A DNA stretch of 64,000 bases from Ylistrum balloti (taxonomy: Eukaryota): contig NW_026782194.1 in NCBI RefSeq assembly GCF_031769215.1, positions 248,001 to 312,000 on the forward strand, read 5' to 3'. Positions within the stretch are counted from its first letter, which is position 1, and every line of letters begins with the position of its first letter. Both the position numbers and the translations under genes were made by a program. This document shows, piece after piece, positions 27,401 to 39,000 of this stretch. The notes beneath the pieces were generated by a model. It worked only from the letters and a program-made list of their open reading frames with translations, searched no databases and had not been told where the DNA came from.

Positions 27401-30400
27401 TCAATATATTTAAAAATAGTGTTTGTATACTGTGAGTTAAGATGTCCTGACTGTACATTTGTTTGGACAGAAACTTTACAACTGACATGTCCATTCTTGA
27501 GATATAAAATAACTGATAACACATTAGCTGATATTTAATTGACAATATGCCATCTAAATATTTAATTGACAAAACACCAGCTGATATTTAATTGACAATA
27601 TGCCAGCTAAATATTTAATTGACAACACACCAACTGATATTTAATTGACAATACACCAGCTGATATTTAATTGACAATACACCAACTGACATATTAAATT
27701 GACATGCACAGCTAAAATTTGATTGAAAAATTCACCAGCTGATAAATTAATTGACAATACACAGCTGAAATTTCATTGACAATACACAGCTGATAATTAA
27801 TTGACCAGCTGATATTTAATTGACAGCTGATATTTAATTGACAATACACCAGCTGATATTTAATTGACAATACACCAGCTAATATTTAACTGACAATATA
27901 CCAGCTGATATTTAATTGACAATACACATTAGCTGAAAATTGATTGACAATTCACCAGCTGATAAATTAATTGGCAATACACAGCTGAAATTTAATTGAC
28001 AATACACCAGCTGAAATTTAATTGACAATACACAGCTGATATCTAATTGAATACACAATGGGGGATATTCCAATAACATCTTCTCATGAGGTTGTTTGTA
28101 TAATCACGCCTCAGCAGTTCCTTAAACATCACTACGTATAATTCTGTGCAGGTGTACAGTATTAAGTCATCATTTTTATCAATGGCCCCTGTGATTCATA
28201 TAACATGTCATAGATTTAAAGGTGAGGGGTCAAACACATGATATCACAGATAATGTGGTTGACTTTAAGACTAAAACAGCGATACGTGAACATTTTAAGG
28301 TTGATATTAACCCACGTAGTCTCAAATTTCCTGCGGACAGGTTTATCTATCAGATTTGTCAGGTTTTCTACCAGATTATATCTGCATTTCTATCCCTTGA
28401 TCTATAACTTCAGAGTTACATGTACAAACCCGGAAAAAAAACTGCATAGCATTATATATTTGTCATCAAGGACTTATCTTCACCAGGAAAACTGTGACAC
28501 AGAAATAAACTTGAACAGTGTACTAAGGTCTGCAATAACAGTGATTGTGGAGTGTAGTTATGAGAAACTATCAAATTTACTTGTCAGGGTGGGAAAATAC
28601 TGCATGAAAACATAAGCAGCAATAATAACATAGATACAATGACCTAAGATATCTCAGTTCTATTGAACTGTTAGTTCAAGGTAATTGCTCTGTTGGGATG
28701 AGGATTATTTAGGAGAAATATAACAAGCCACTGTAGGGCATTCAAAGTGACTTTTGGAGACTAGACAACTACTGTATAGTTGTTATTTTTGGTGGGATAA
28801 TATTTTTGAGGTAGTCACAATTTGGGCTAGTTCATCAGTATTTATTTTCACACATGTTAATGAAATAGTGTCCATGTATACCGACATAACATGTGTTCTA
28901 AATTTTGTTAATTGCTTTAGAAATGGACGCTGGGTATTAATTTCTATAATATTTACTGACTGTGAATAGAGCGAAATTAAATCTACCACAAATATTACCA
29001 ACTATACAATATTAAAATGCATACAGTGTCTACTGTGTCTACTGTGTCTACTGTGTCTACAGTGTCTACTGTGTCTACAGTGTCTACTGTGTCTACAGTG
29101 TCTACAGTGTCTACTGTGTCTACAGTGTCTACAGTGTCTACTGTGTCTACTGACAAACCAAACCAATGAACAAAATTTACTCCCAATAACAGATAGGCTT
29201 AAAGGACAGTGTCCTATACATAACTAGTTTGAGGGAAGGAAAAAATAAAAACATGGTCAAACATTTCTGTGTATACGGTACGTAATCACACAACATATGG
29301 ATGTACTACTCATTCATTAGAAAGCATGCAAAAAGTATTGGTATTTAAATGCACCAAGCTTTGATAGTAGAAACAATCCTACCTTTTCTGAAGCTACTGC
29401 TGCCATTTTTGAAGCCCCAACTGTAAATGATGACCATCCCTGTAAAAAAAAAGTACTTTGTTTATAATAATGATAGGAAATCTTCTTTTCATTGAGAGGA
29501 ACAGGATATATATATATATATAAACCACGAGAGACATTTTCAAATAAAACTATTATCAAACTAAGCAAATGATACTACCAGAAATTTTTTTTTATATTTT
29601 CACTGTTTATCACAAAACTTATTATTAATTTTTGTAATTTATAATGAAGTAAAACTTAAATTTTGACATCATTTTCCTAAACTATGATAACTTCCTAAAG
29701 TAGTGACATCAATATGACAACCATTCACATGTTTTCTTTGAAAAAAAAAGAAAGAGAGAGAATGAAATTTTATCGGATTATTTATTAAGAACTTTCCATC
29801 ACATTTTCAGCTAAATGTCCTGTCTTAATGAAACCTTCTGTTCAGGAGAAATAAATACTACAATATTTTCAACATGCTGTCATGACAGCCATCATGAATG
29901 TAGTGCAGGTCCCAGTTATATTACAGCCATTTGTAACCTATTCACAACCCATCATTGGAAGTCCTGTCTTGATGCAAAATTCTTTTTTCGAAGAGATAAA
30001 GTAATTTTCAAGATGGCAACCATGAAGCCATCTTGAATGTGGCTGGCATAGGTCAAAATTTTATTTAGGACTATTTGTAGATCATACAGCCATACAATTC
30101 AAAAGTAAAAGTCCTGTCATGATATATCTTTCTGTTCAGGAGGAGAAGTAATGAAGTAATAAAATTTTCAAGATAGCGACCATGATGTCAATGTAGCAAA
30201 TATCCTAATTTTATTTAGGATCATCTGTTAACTCTTTATGTTCAGGAGGAATAGTGATAAAAACATGTTCCCAATGGCACCCTGATTTAAGGTACAGACA
30301 GTCTTACAGATCAACACAAAAAGGCCACTTTGAGTCCTAACAACATTTCCCACAATAAATAAAAACCAACGTGAATGATAATTAGGCTTTACTCACAGAT

Positions 30401-33400
30401 TGAATGGAGGAAAAAGTGTTTTCAAAGAAATCATCGTCTCTTTTGGTTGGAGTGACCGTACTTCCAAATCCTACATACTTCCCTCCCTGGCTAGGTGGCA
30501 AGTGTCTGAAAATAAAACACAAGAAAACTTCAGCCAATCTTCTAACAAAAAATTGACACCAGATAAAATATCAATATCACAGAAGTTATCTCCCCCTTTT
30601 TTTACAGCTTACCATCGTATGCTATTTATGATCATACAAGTTATCTCCCCTCTATCATTGCTTACTGTTATACACTATTTATAAGAGGACTTTAGCTCAG
30701 ACTTACTCAAGCAATGTCAAAGTTCATGGAAAAACAAATGGACTTGTAGTTGCTGTATTTATACATATCATATCTTAAATTGTCTCCTCAAATACATTGT
30801 TAATTCCTTGGATTGGTAGAAAAATTCTGTGTGTTAAATGTAATTCTAAGATGTCTTGGTATTTGTATAATGGTGTACTTTGATAATGGGGATATAGGTC
30901 ACTTTTCAGTAACTGTACCCCCATCTCCCTAGTGCCCAGGTCCACACCTTTTCTAGAGATTTAAAAACTTACTCTGGACGTTGTGCATTCTCTTGCTGTA
31001 CTCTATCAAAGAAACCATCTCTCTGTTTCTTGAAGTCATCACTGAAAGGAATTTTTAACATCGTAAAATGCCAATAGAAACGACTAAACTTCCATTTTTT
31101 TTTCTCATTTTGTCAAAAAGAATACAGTCAGAAATATCAAATGGAAAATATCTTTTCCTACCTTATACATTACATCCCTATATTTTAAAGGACACACAAT
31201 GCTATAAGCCATAGTTGTCAATGTTAAATTACAATATTTAGTGGAGTAGTCAGTTACCTTTCTTGTTTCAAATCTATTATTGGAAGTGACTTTTCATACT
31301 ACGTCTAACTACTGACACAATACAGAGATATCATGATCACTGTGTCCGTTACATATCATACTGTATATTAATCAAAGCTGAATCACAATATACACAGGTT
31401 TGTTGTTCTTTCCTGTCACATCTGGTACTAATACTATTACCAAGACAAAAATTTGAAAAAGATTTTTATCCTGAAATGATCAATTACTTTTACCTCTATC
31501 TCTATCAAACTCAGATGTTGATTAAACTTTTAAAAAGTAAGTATGTAAAAAAGAAAAGATCTGAATATACCATGGCAAATCCTGGTGATAGTATGTCTAA
31601 CTTTGTCAACTTTAAGCAAAAATATTTTAATTAGAAATTGACATACATGTAACTAATAGTAACGGGATCTAAACAGGCACTCTGTTTCCACTATACAATA
31701 AAATAGAAATCAGACATCAAACTACATGCTAGATTGCTGAAGAGTTTAAAGAAAGGAGGCTAACAATGTTTCCAATCATTTAACTATTAATCAAACTGCT
31801 TGTCTACCAGCGAGGTGGCTCTGCAAGCATAAATCAGAGCTCTGGCCCCATGTATAGCGAGGTTAATAAGTAATGTGTGACTCGGTCAGTACCCTAACAC
31901 TAATCATGGAATTAAATTGCACATGGATCAAAACATCTATCCCTTATCTACAAGCTGATACCAATGTAATGTTTCAAAAGTTAAGTGTAAACATATATTT
32001 AAATACTTTTTCTGTATCTACCTATGTTTCGATGGAAATCAGGACAGGAACTCAACCGCGGGACTAAACAGGAACCGACGATACCCAAGGTGTTTCCCAA
32101 AAAGTTATGTCATATATTATTACAAAAATAACCCCGACAAATATAATCACACTTGGATAACATTCACTGTCTTTTAAATCTTAAATTAATCCTTTTATAG
32201 CCATAATATTGTTGTATGTCTCTAACCATTGTACAAATAGCACAGAAGTGAAGTGGAAGAGGAAGAGCAAAATGACTGTGTTTATATTATTTTCTGAACA
32301 TTTGTGCAAGCCCATGAAGGGCAATTAAAATTGGTTTAACCTGTGGTTTAAAATTAGGGGCTGACAATAACCTGTGGTTTAAAGTAGCTAAGGGGCTAAC
32401 AATAACCTGTGGTTTAAAGTTAGGGGCTGACAATAACCTGTGGTTTAAAGTAGCTAAGGGGCTAACAATAACCTGTGGTTTAAAGTTAGGGGCTGACAAT
32501 AACCTGTGGTTTAAAGTAGCTAAGGGGCTAACAATAACCTGTGGTTAACCTGTGGTTTAAAGTAAGGGGCTTACAACAACCTGTGGTTTAAAGTAGCTAA
32601 GGGGCTATAAAATAACCTGTGGTTTAAAGTTAGGGGCTGACAATAACCTGTGGTTTAAAGTTAGGGGCTACCAATAACCTGTGGTTTAAAGTTAGGGGCT
32701 GACAATAACCTGTGGTTTAAAGTAGCTAAGGGGCTAACAATAACCTGTGGTTTAAAGTTAGAGGCTGACAATAACCTGTGGTTTAAAGTAGCTAAGGGGC
32801 TATAAAATAACCTGTGGTTTAAAGTTAGGGGCTGACAATAACCTGTGGTTTAAAGTTAGGGGCTACCAATAACCTGTGGTTTAAAGTTAGGGGCTAACAA
32901 TAACCTGTGGTTTAAAGTTAGGGGCTGACAATAACCTGTGGTTTAAAGTTAGGGGCTGACAATAACCTGTGGTTTAAAGTTAGGGGCTGACAATAACCTG
33001 TGGTTTAAAGTTAGGGGCTAACAATAACCTGTGGTTTAAAGTTAGGGGCTGACAATAACCTGTGGTTTAAAGTAGTTAGGTTGCTGACTAAAAGCCTGTG
33101 GTTTACAGTAAGGGGCTGACAATAACTTGTGGTTTAAAGTAAGGGGCTGACAATAACCTGTGGTTTAAAGTAGTTAGGTCACAAGGTCAATTAAGATAAC
33201 AATTTGGTTTCAGTACTCCTAAGTTTTCATTAACACATTATGTGAAATGTACCTGTTGATCATATCCTTTTGGTAACTCTGGTTGTCAGAGAAAGAGAAA
33301 TCTGAAGAACTGCTGTTCGTGTAATTACGACTTGAGCTAGATGATGTCTTCAATCCAGCTTGTGGCAAGGCAGCAACATAATTTCTCGCAGATGAAGTCT

Positions 33401-35141
33401 TGATGCTCCATGGCCTGCCTTCAGCCTCTGTAGTAATCTGTTTAGATAAAAGATGTTTGTGCACACTTCAAACAAGTATAGAATGTACACTTTCATACCA
33501 TAGGTTTAAACAGAATGAAACATGATCTGACAAAAAAAAGAACACAAAATTACAGTGCTTAACTCATCACAAAACCGTGCTTACCTTATCATGTTACAGT
33601 GCTTACGTTATCAAGGTACAGTGCTTACCTTATCACAGTACAGTGCTTACCTTATCACAGTACAGTGCTTACCTTATCACGGTACAGTGCTGCAGCCTTT
33701 GAGTTGTACTTGTCATGCAGAGACATTCCATCGGTATAATCAGGCTGGGACTTGAAAAAGTCTTTTGCTTTCCTGTTTCCTCCTACTTTCATTTTTTCAA
33801 GTTCAGAATCTTTCCATTTATCCATAGAAACTGATCTTACAAAACTGAATAAAGAAATAAGATGTTTATAAAGTATGAAAACTCAATTTTTTGTTGCATT
33901 GAACATCTTCAATTCACCTTGGATACATAACATTCCATCTTACTTCTTTATCATCTTACAAGCTCATTTTCCAAATGTCTGCGGAATTTATTGTCTTGCT
34001 GTCCAAGCTTAGAATTTAATTAGTTTAAAAATAATAAATTACCAGTACTGTTAAGTAAAATGTGAATGTAGAAAATTCCAATGATTTCAAAATTCCATAA
34101 GAAAATTTGAATTCTCGTTCTTAAACATTGTTGAGCTTTTACAAGTATGAACAAGTAATCTGAATAGAAGATATCACAATTTATCATGTGAAAAATTTTG
34201 TGTCTTCTCAGAAAAGCAAGCAAGTGACTTTGAAAAAACTGACATCTTGCAGACACTTAAGAACTTACTACACTCATTACAACTGACTTTGAAATAAATA
34301 ATCAGATTTGTTTCACCTACACCTGGGCTTTGTTCTTGAATGTTATCTGATATTATGATCATATCAATAACGAATAAAACAAATTAACAAATAAAACACT
34401 CTGTATGTATAAGTAATTAATCAGTAAAGAACAGCAATGATGTCAATAAAAGCTTACCTGAGATGAACGCCTAAACCTCTGTGTTTTCCTGAACATTCTA
34501 GACAAATCCAGATTCCATAGGTCACACTCACCCACTGGGGATTGTGGACGCCGCATTCAAAACATGACTGTAAAATCAAAGCAAATGTATTCATAAAAGG
34601 ATTTTGATGGTCCCAAGTTTTTTTTAGTTTTCTTTTTATTGTGATTAAGCTTTTAAATGAAAAGAATCAAAAGTTTTCATGTCTGGATAGTAGCATGTCA
34701 TCTTCACAAACCACTGTCAACTTGGTGCAGAGGCAATTTTTGTCATTCACCTGCAATGACAAGGTTCTGTTTGCCATCTTCTACTTTTCACTAGCTTTGC
34801 TAATGTTGATTTAATTGATCAGTCACTAATCAGCCAGTTCTTTTTGTTTTTCATTTGTTACCTGATTGACTCAGACTTAAGTGATCCTACAATCTCAGAA
34901 TATATCAAACTTGCTGTCTAAATTAATATACAGGTTTCTGAGCAAATCGAGAGTTTCAAACTTTTTTGTAATTTAAGAACTTTTAGACTTTAAACAGTGT
35001 AACTTTAACAGTGTAAAGTTAATAACTTTCACTCTTTTAGAAAAAATAGACATTTTCCAAGTAATCTATTTTCATAACTTAGATTCAATGATGTATCATA
35101 CTCTTATCTAAATCTGTTATAAAACTGTTAAATAGCTTAAC

Positions 35142-35173
<32 letters not shown>

Positions 35174-35688
35174 TATGCCTTGTATATCATAATGTATTTA
35201 TGCCCTATTAACTTATTAACTTCAGTCAGATTCCTCTGTTTTTATCATTATTAAAGCTATGCTCTTTTCAGACGTTTCCTTTTCAAATTAGATTTTCTCA
35301 TATTCTAACATTTTCTGCGGAATAACTTTTTTTTTAAATATTCAAAATTACGACCAGAACAAAATTACTTCAATCACGGCTTCCAATGCTTAAGCATTGT
35401 AGCTATTTATATGCCCTTTATAGTTAAGTCATTTCTTGACTATATTTTTTAAACACCTATCCCTCTTTTCCATTCTTATATCATTCTAATTAATCTTAAG
35501 TGTTATCTTTTCATTCATGAAGCACATGGCAAGTATGACAATGTAAGATATATATCTCTGTCAATATATATACATATGTCAGCTGATCACGGTTTCTCGA
35601 CACTTAATATGGAAACATTATATCTTACATTACTCTCATCTTTAATCCTTAAATCTTTCAAAACTCTTCTGGTTCTTGGGCTGGCCAT
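3478..35688 (-). CDS. ARFGAP1: ADP-ribosylation factor GTPase-activating protein 1 (11 coding exons, about 530 aa)
   Basis: Hand-spliced exons (minus strand): 35688-35629 [20 protein letters not shown]; 34567-34458 [36 protein letters not shown] (ArfGAP C4 zinc finger); 33844-33673 [23 protein letters not shown]...[12 protein letters not shown]; 33437-33253; 31041-30973; 30505-30397 [16 protein letters not shown]; 29439-29383 [19 protein letters not shown] (ALPS region); 8634-8545; 7307-7248 [20 protein letters not shown]; 5411-5278; 4024-3478. All introns are GT-AG, phases are consistent, and the total of 1593 nt is 531 codons. Confidence 0.96.
5549..6060. repeat. 43-bp tandem array, about 12 copies
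   Basis: Unit gagtaccgtgttataacagactttgtgactggggtgttgttgg. Confidence 0.95.
6061..7254. repeat. 26-34-bp tandem array containing the ARFGAP1 exon 9 donor junction
   Basis: About 30 copies of catacctttgat, which is the reverse complement of the exon end/donor ATCAAAG|GTATG at 7248/7247. Confidence 0.95.
8040..8515. repeat. 50-bp tandem array
   Basis: Unit gtaaccttggtgttagttataatactgttagtatcagttatacaaagttt. Confidence 0.93.
10040..11030. repeat. Variable 21-39-bp tandem array
   Basis: Core acacctgtcacagtggaagttgtatacacaac; it produces the spurious long ORFs in the track. Confidence 0.95.
11580..12450. repeat. 20-bp tandem array with a duplicated ~310-bp higher-order block
   Basis: Core tgtacaaacagccctctaag; the block cagtcctctactgtcctccacacagtgtaaaaatagacc occurs at about 11931 and 12240. 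Confidence 0.9.
14215..14955. repeat. 31-bp tandem array
   Basis: Unit aaacaagtacattctgtaaggatacacttac, degenerating towards lower coordinates. Confidence 0.93.
16370..16990. repeat. Composite array: 18-bp subunit within a ~100-bp higher-order unit
   Basis: cctgtgtataaagtcaca repeats alternate with gttgattgggtacatctcatatagggatagtcaggacaaagt. Confidence 0.93.
17145..17710. repeat. 37-bp / 76-bp composite tandem array
   Basis: Unit tgtacaaatgtaggatatctcagtctggactagacat. Confidence 0.93.
20074..20918 (-). mobile_element. Non-autonomous Helentron-like element (HINE)
   Basis: On the minus strand it begins tttttaggtcacctgag and ends ctcagatgaccatcaaggccatttgtt. It contains an internal duplication (gtgaaattcacaattttt...agcaccttaagatg). 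Confidence 0.65.
22960..23400 (-). mobile_element. Degenerate HINE-like remnant
   Basis: aaaggggcacaactc and caagatggcc modules and a degenerate ggac-type microsatellite. Confidence 0.35.
27520..28050. repeat. 24-26-bp tandem array
   Basis: Unit ttgacaatacaccagctgatatttaa. Confidence 0.9.
29023..29152. repeat. 9-bp minisatellite
   Basis: (acwgtgtct)n, about 14 copies. Confidence 0.95.
29800..30335 (-). mobile_element. Degenerate HINE-like remnant
   Basis: Repeated ttttcaagatggc...ccatg and ttctgttcaggag modules. Confidence 0.35.
32330..33180. repeat. 31-35-bp tandem array
   Basis: Unit aacctgtggtttaaagttaggggctgacaat. Confidence 0.95.
33552..33691. repeat. 22-bp tandem repeat spanning the ARFGAP1 exon 3 donor
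   Basis: Unit acagtgcttaccttatcacagt; donor-like GT at 33672 (real), 33650, 33628, 33606 and 33584. Confidence 0.9.
35142..35172. repeat. (TA)n(TG)n microsatellite
   Basis: atatatatatatatatgtgtgtgtgtgtgtg. Confidence 0.9.
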
Positions 35689-36083
35689 ATTTCCTTCTTG
35701 TTATCAGAAACTTTCGTCCTGTTTATCCTTCGAGCAATGTAAAATCACTAAAATTATTATTATGAGTCTGGTGAGTTGTCAGTTTCGTCCACCATTGACA
35801 TCGGCATATAAAGCTACCACGACATTGCCGTATAAAACAATAATTATTTTAAAAGATTAATCATAACACAGGTTGGTGATCACCGAGATGGAACTATAAA
35901 ACAATGGATTTTACCACAAATTTAAATAAACCTTTATCAAAAACTCTTTCTATAAAAAGTCTGCAAGAAAATACGAAACTGAGGTTAGTTAAGAAGTGCT
36001 TTCGAATAATGGCGGCGCCAAACAATCGTTCGAATAACCTGCTCCCTGTTTACAATGTGTAAGACAGAGTCGAGAGATGGAAG
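35689..36083. promoter_or_regulatory. Bidirectional promoter / 5' UTRs shared by ARFGAP1 and TAF2
   Basis: Divergent start codons are 395 bp apart. The region is locally CpG-richer and has a YY1-like ATGGCGGC at 36009. Transcription starts cannot be located from sequence. Confidence 0.75.
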
Positions 36084-39000
36084 ATGGACACAAGTCATAA
36101 AAAAGCCAAAAAGGATGGAAAATTTGACACCCATCGTCCATATAAACTAGGTGATTTAATGTCTCAATTATATGAAGTGGTAGCTCCTGGAATTGAAAAC
36201 GTGAATGCCATCTTCCAAAATTGACGATTACAATGGTATCAAAACCGGCTTCTACTGTCAGAACCGTCAATCATTTATTTTATTATACTTGGGAGGTGGG
36301 AATCATCAGTTTGGTGATGACCAAGATCAGACTCAGTCAATTTATTCATGTGATACTTACCAGTGATATATATAGAGAGAAAATTTAGTTTTTCCTAAGC
36401 CATCTGTCATATTGAAACTTTATAACAGCTATCAGAAAACTTCCAATCTGAAATTAGAGCCATTTCTTATATGATCTGAGAAAGGACTCATCTATTCGAC
36501 TGAAGATTGTTCAGATGGGATTGCATGTTACTGTAGTACATGTATTTGTGACAGACTTAATAAATATCTGTAGTAACCATAAGTATATTGCATCAACCTG
36601 TTTACATTAACAGTGTTAAAGGAAACTTATGACAGACCTGCCTTGTTGAAAAAAATGCAGCTAATGAAATAAGAAGAAAATTATGTTTAAGCCATGACGG
36701 AGTACATTCAAATGTGCTGTGCTTTTTAAATCAGGTTTTCACTAAGTTCAAAGCAACAAATGAATTTTTTAAAAAGAAGAATTTTTTTCTGATTTATTAC
36801 ATTATGCATGATAATGCATACATAAAGATCTTGCAGAACATTTGTGTTTTTATTTGCAGCTCATCAGACATTATGTATCAGGGCCATCAACTTCAGGCAG
36901 AGAGCCATTTTTGTGAGTGTATCTCTTTTTATTTTTATGGTCTGTTAATGAAATTGTAGTCGAAGAACCTTCCAGATTTCATGTTTATTGTATATGAACA
37001 AGGGTGAAAATTCAAGTCTTTTAAAATCACATAATATTCTGATTATTTCAACAAAAGATAGTAAAACCACTTATGTGCTTTATAGGAGTTAATATACACT
37101 TATGTTGTAATGGTTTCTTTTGAACAACATTACTATGGTCTTGATTACATCTAAGACTTTAGAGTTAAGATCTAACATAGTTTGAAAATCTAACATTATT
37201 TTTGTTTGAATGTGTTTATTCTTGTTTACAGGGCTATGTGGAACTCACCATCCATCCACTTCAGAATGACCTGAGAAGAATCAAGATAAACAGCAAACAA
37301 TGTAGTATCCTTTATTTTCTGCATAAATTACCTGGTATACATAGTGGTCAGGGATTGATGTAGTATCTGGGGCAAATGTGTAAAAAGGTTCTTTTGCCGA
37401 GTATGTCTATAACAAACTTGTCATTCGCTGAATTAGTCTGTCGTTGACTTGTCATACACAGTACTATAATATGCGAACCTAACGCTGAATAATTTAATGG
37501 TGAAGTTTTTAAAAAATTTTGTAAGATGTAGACATATCTTATAAAGTCATTATTTAGAAAAAAGTGAAATATGTTATCGTTCTAAATAGAATTATAAAAT
37601 GTTGCATGCACAGAATAAGGTGGTTTCGAGTCGCTTTAATTTTCTGTGGAAATGCATGTTCATATATGTACATATGTTAGGATAGTAACCCTTTGTTCAC
37701 ACCAGTTACACGCCTTAAATAACCAGAAAAAGTTTGAAGGCTCCTGTATATTATTAATTAAGCTTATTTGATAAGTTGTCAATACAGAGATCTTTTAACC
37801 TTTCAGGAAATTTGCTATAGATTTCTTCTTCATGTTGTTTTGACATCACTGTTAGGATAAAAATAAAAAATAATCTATAATTAGAATCTATCCTTACAAC
37901 AATGACAAAACTTCATGGCTTTTGTATCCTTAACCTCGACCAGAACTGTTCCATGTAGCAGTCAATGACCAGTGGGAGGCTCGCTTCCTGTACAATGACC
38001 CCACTCTAGAGATTTGTCAGGAAGATGGCAAACAGTAAGTACCTGTCACTGTGTAGAAGTTACCAATGGCATCAATATTTCATGATTTCATATGGACAAA
38101 GTATTTGTCTTGTCTGCATCAAATAGCAGCGAATCAAAGACAATGTCATTGTCAGCATTTCACTTTTTTTTGAAGTTTTGTGTTTATTTACATTACTGGA
38201 AAAGGATTAATCTAACTTTAACCAAACTTTGTTTTATCTTTAGATCGCATAGTGAAATACATCTATTCTTTACAAAATATTTTCCTAATTTTATTGTCCA
38301 GGATCCTTACAATAAGGGGTGCTGAAAAACCTCACTATAAAGTTTTGCATTTAGGTTCATTTCTCATAAAATAGAAGTGCCTTCACAAGGAAAAAAGGTG
38401 ACAAGGTAGTATGAAGATCATAATTCGTCAAATAGATTAAATGAATTTGAATTTTTTGTTTTATCATTTGTCATGTACCATGTCCATGTGGATCTGATTG
38501 AAATTGTCTACAATTCTTGTGCTATGATTATAAATCAAATTGAAATTATCAACAACATTTGTGTTATGATACATTTTGTGTTCTTTCATCATAGGAGGAA
38601 TCTGGATTTTTTCCAAAACTGCCACTTGAAGTCTATGCTTTCTGTTGACCCTGACCAAGGCAATGGAGAGGTTACCATTAAACTTCCTGTTGAAGTCTTC
38701 CCCATCATTGCTGGTAGGAACAACTAAATGTCAACTAAAAACTTTCTGTAAAGAAGACATTTTGATTATCACTATGGTCTGTTTTGATGCCCTGCCTCAT
38801 TTCTGATATTTTTGAAAGCATCTTTTCCATTACTGCAATAGTATTTTGGAAAAGTTTGGGATGTTAGCAGTAAGTTCTGGTGTGTATAAACTGTATCTTA
38901 TCTGCTTTAGATAAAACATGTGTCGCCTTCATAACACTGTCGCAACATTGTCAGGGATATATATCCTCTGAATCTGCCTATACCCATATATACACATACA

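Noticed and set aside
5549-33180. Regular arrays as CRISPR loci
   Set aside because: Units are head-to-tail without unique spacers, there are no cas genes, and the context is eukaryotic introns.
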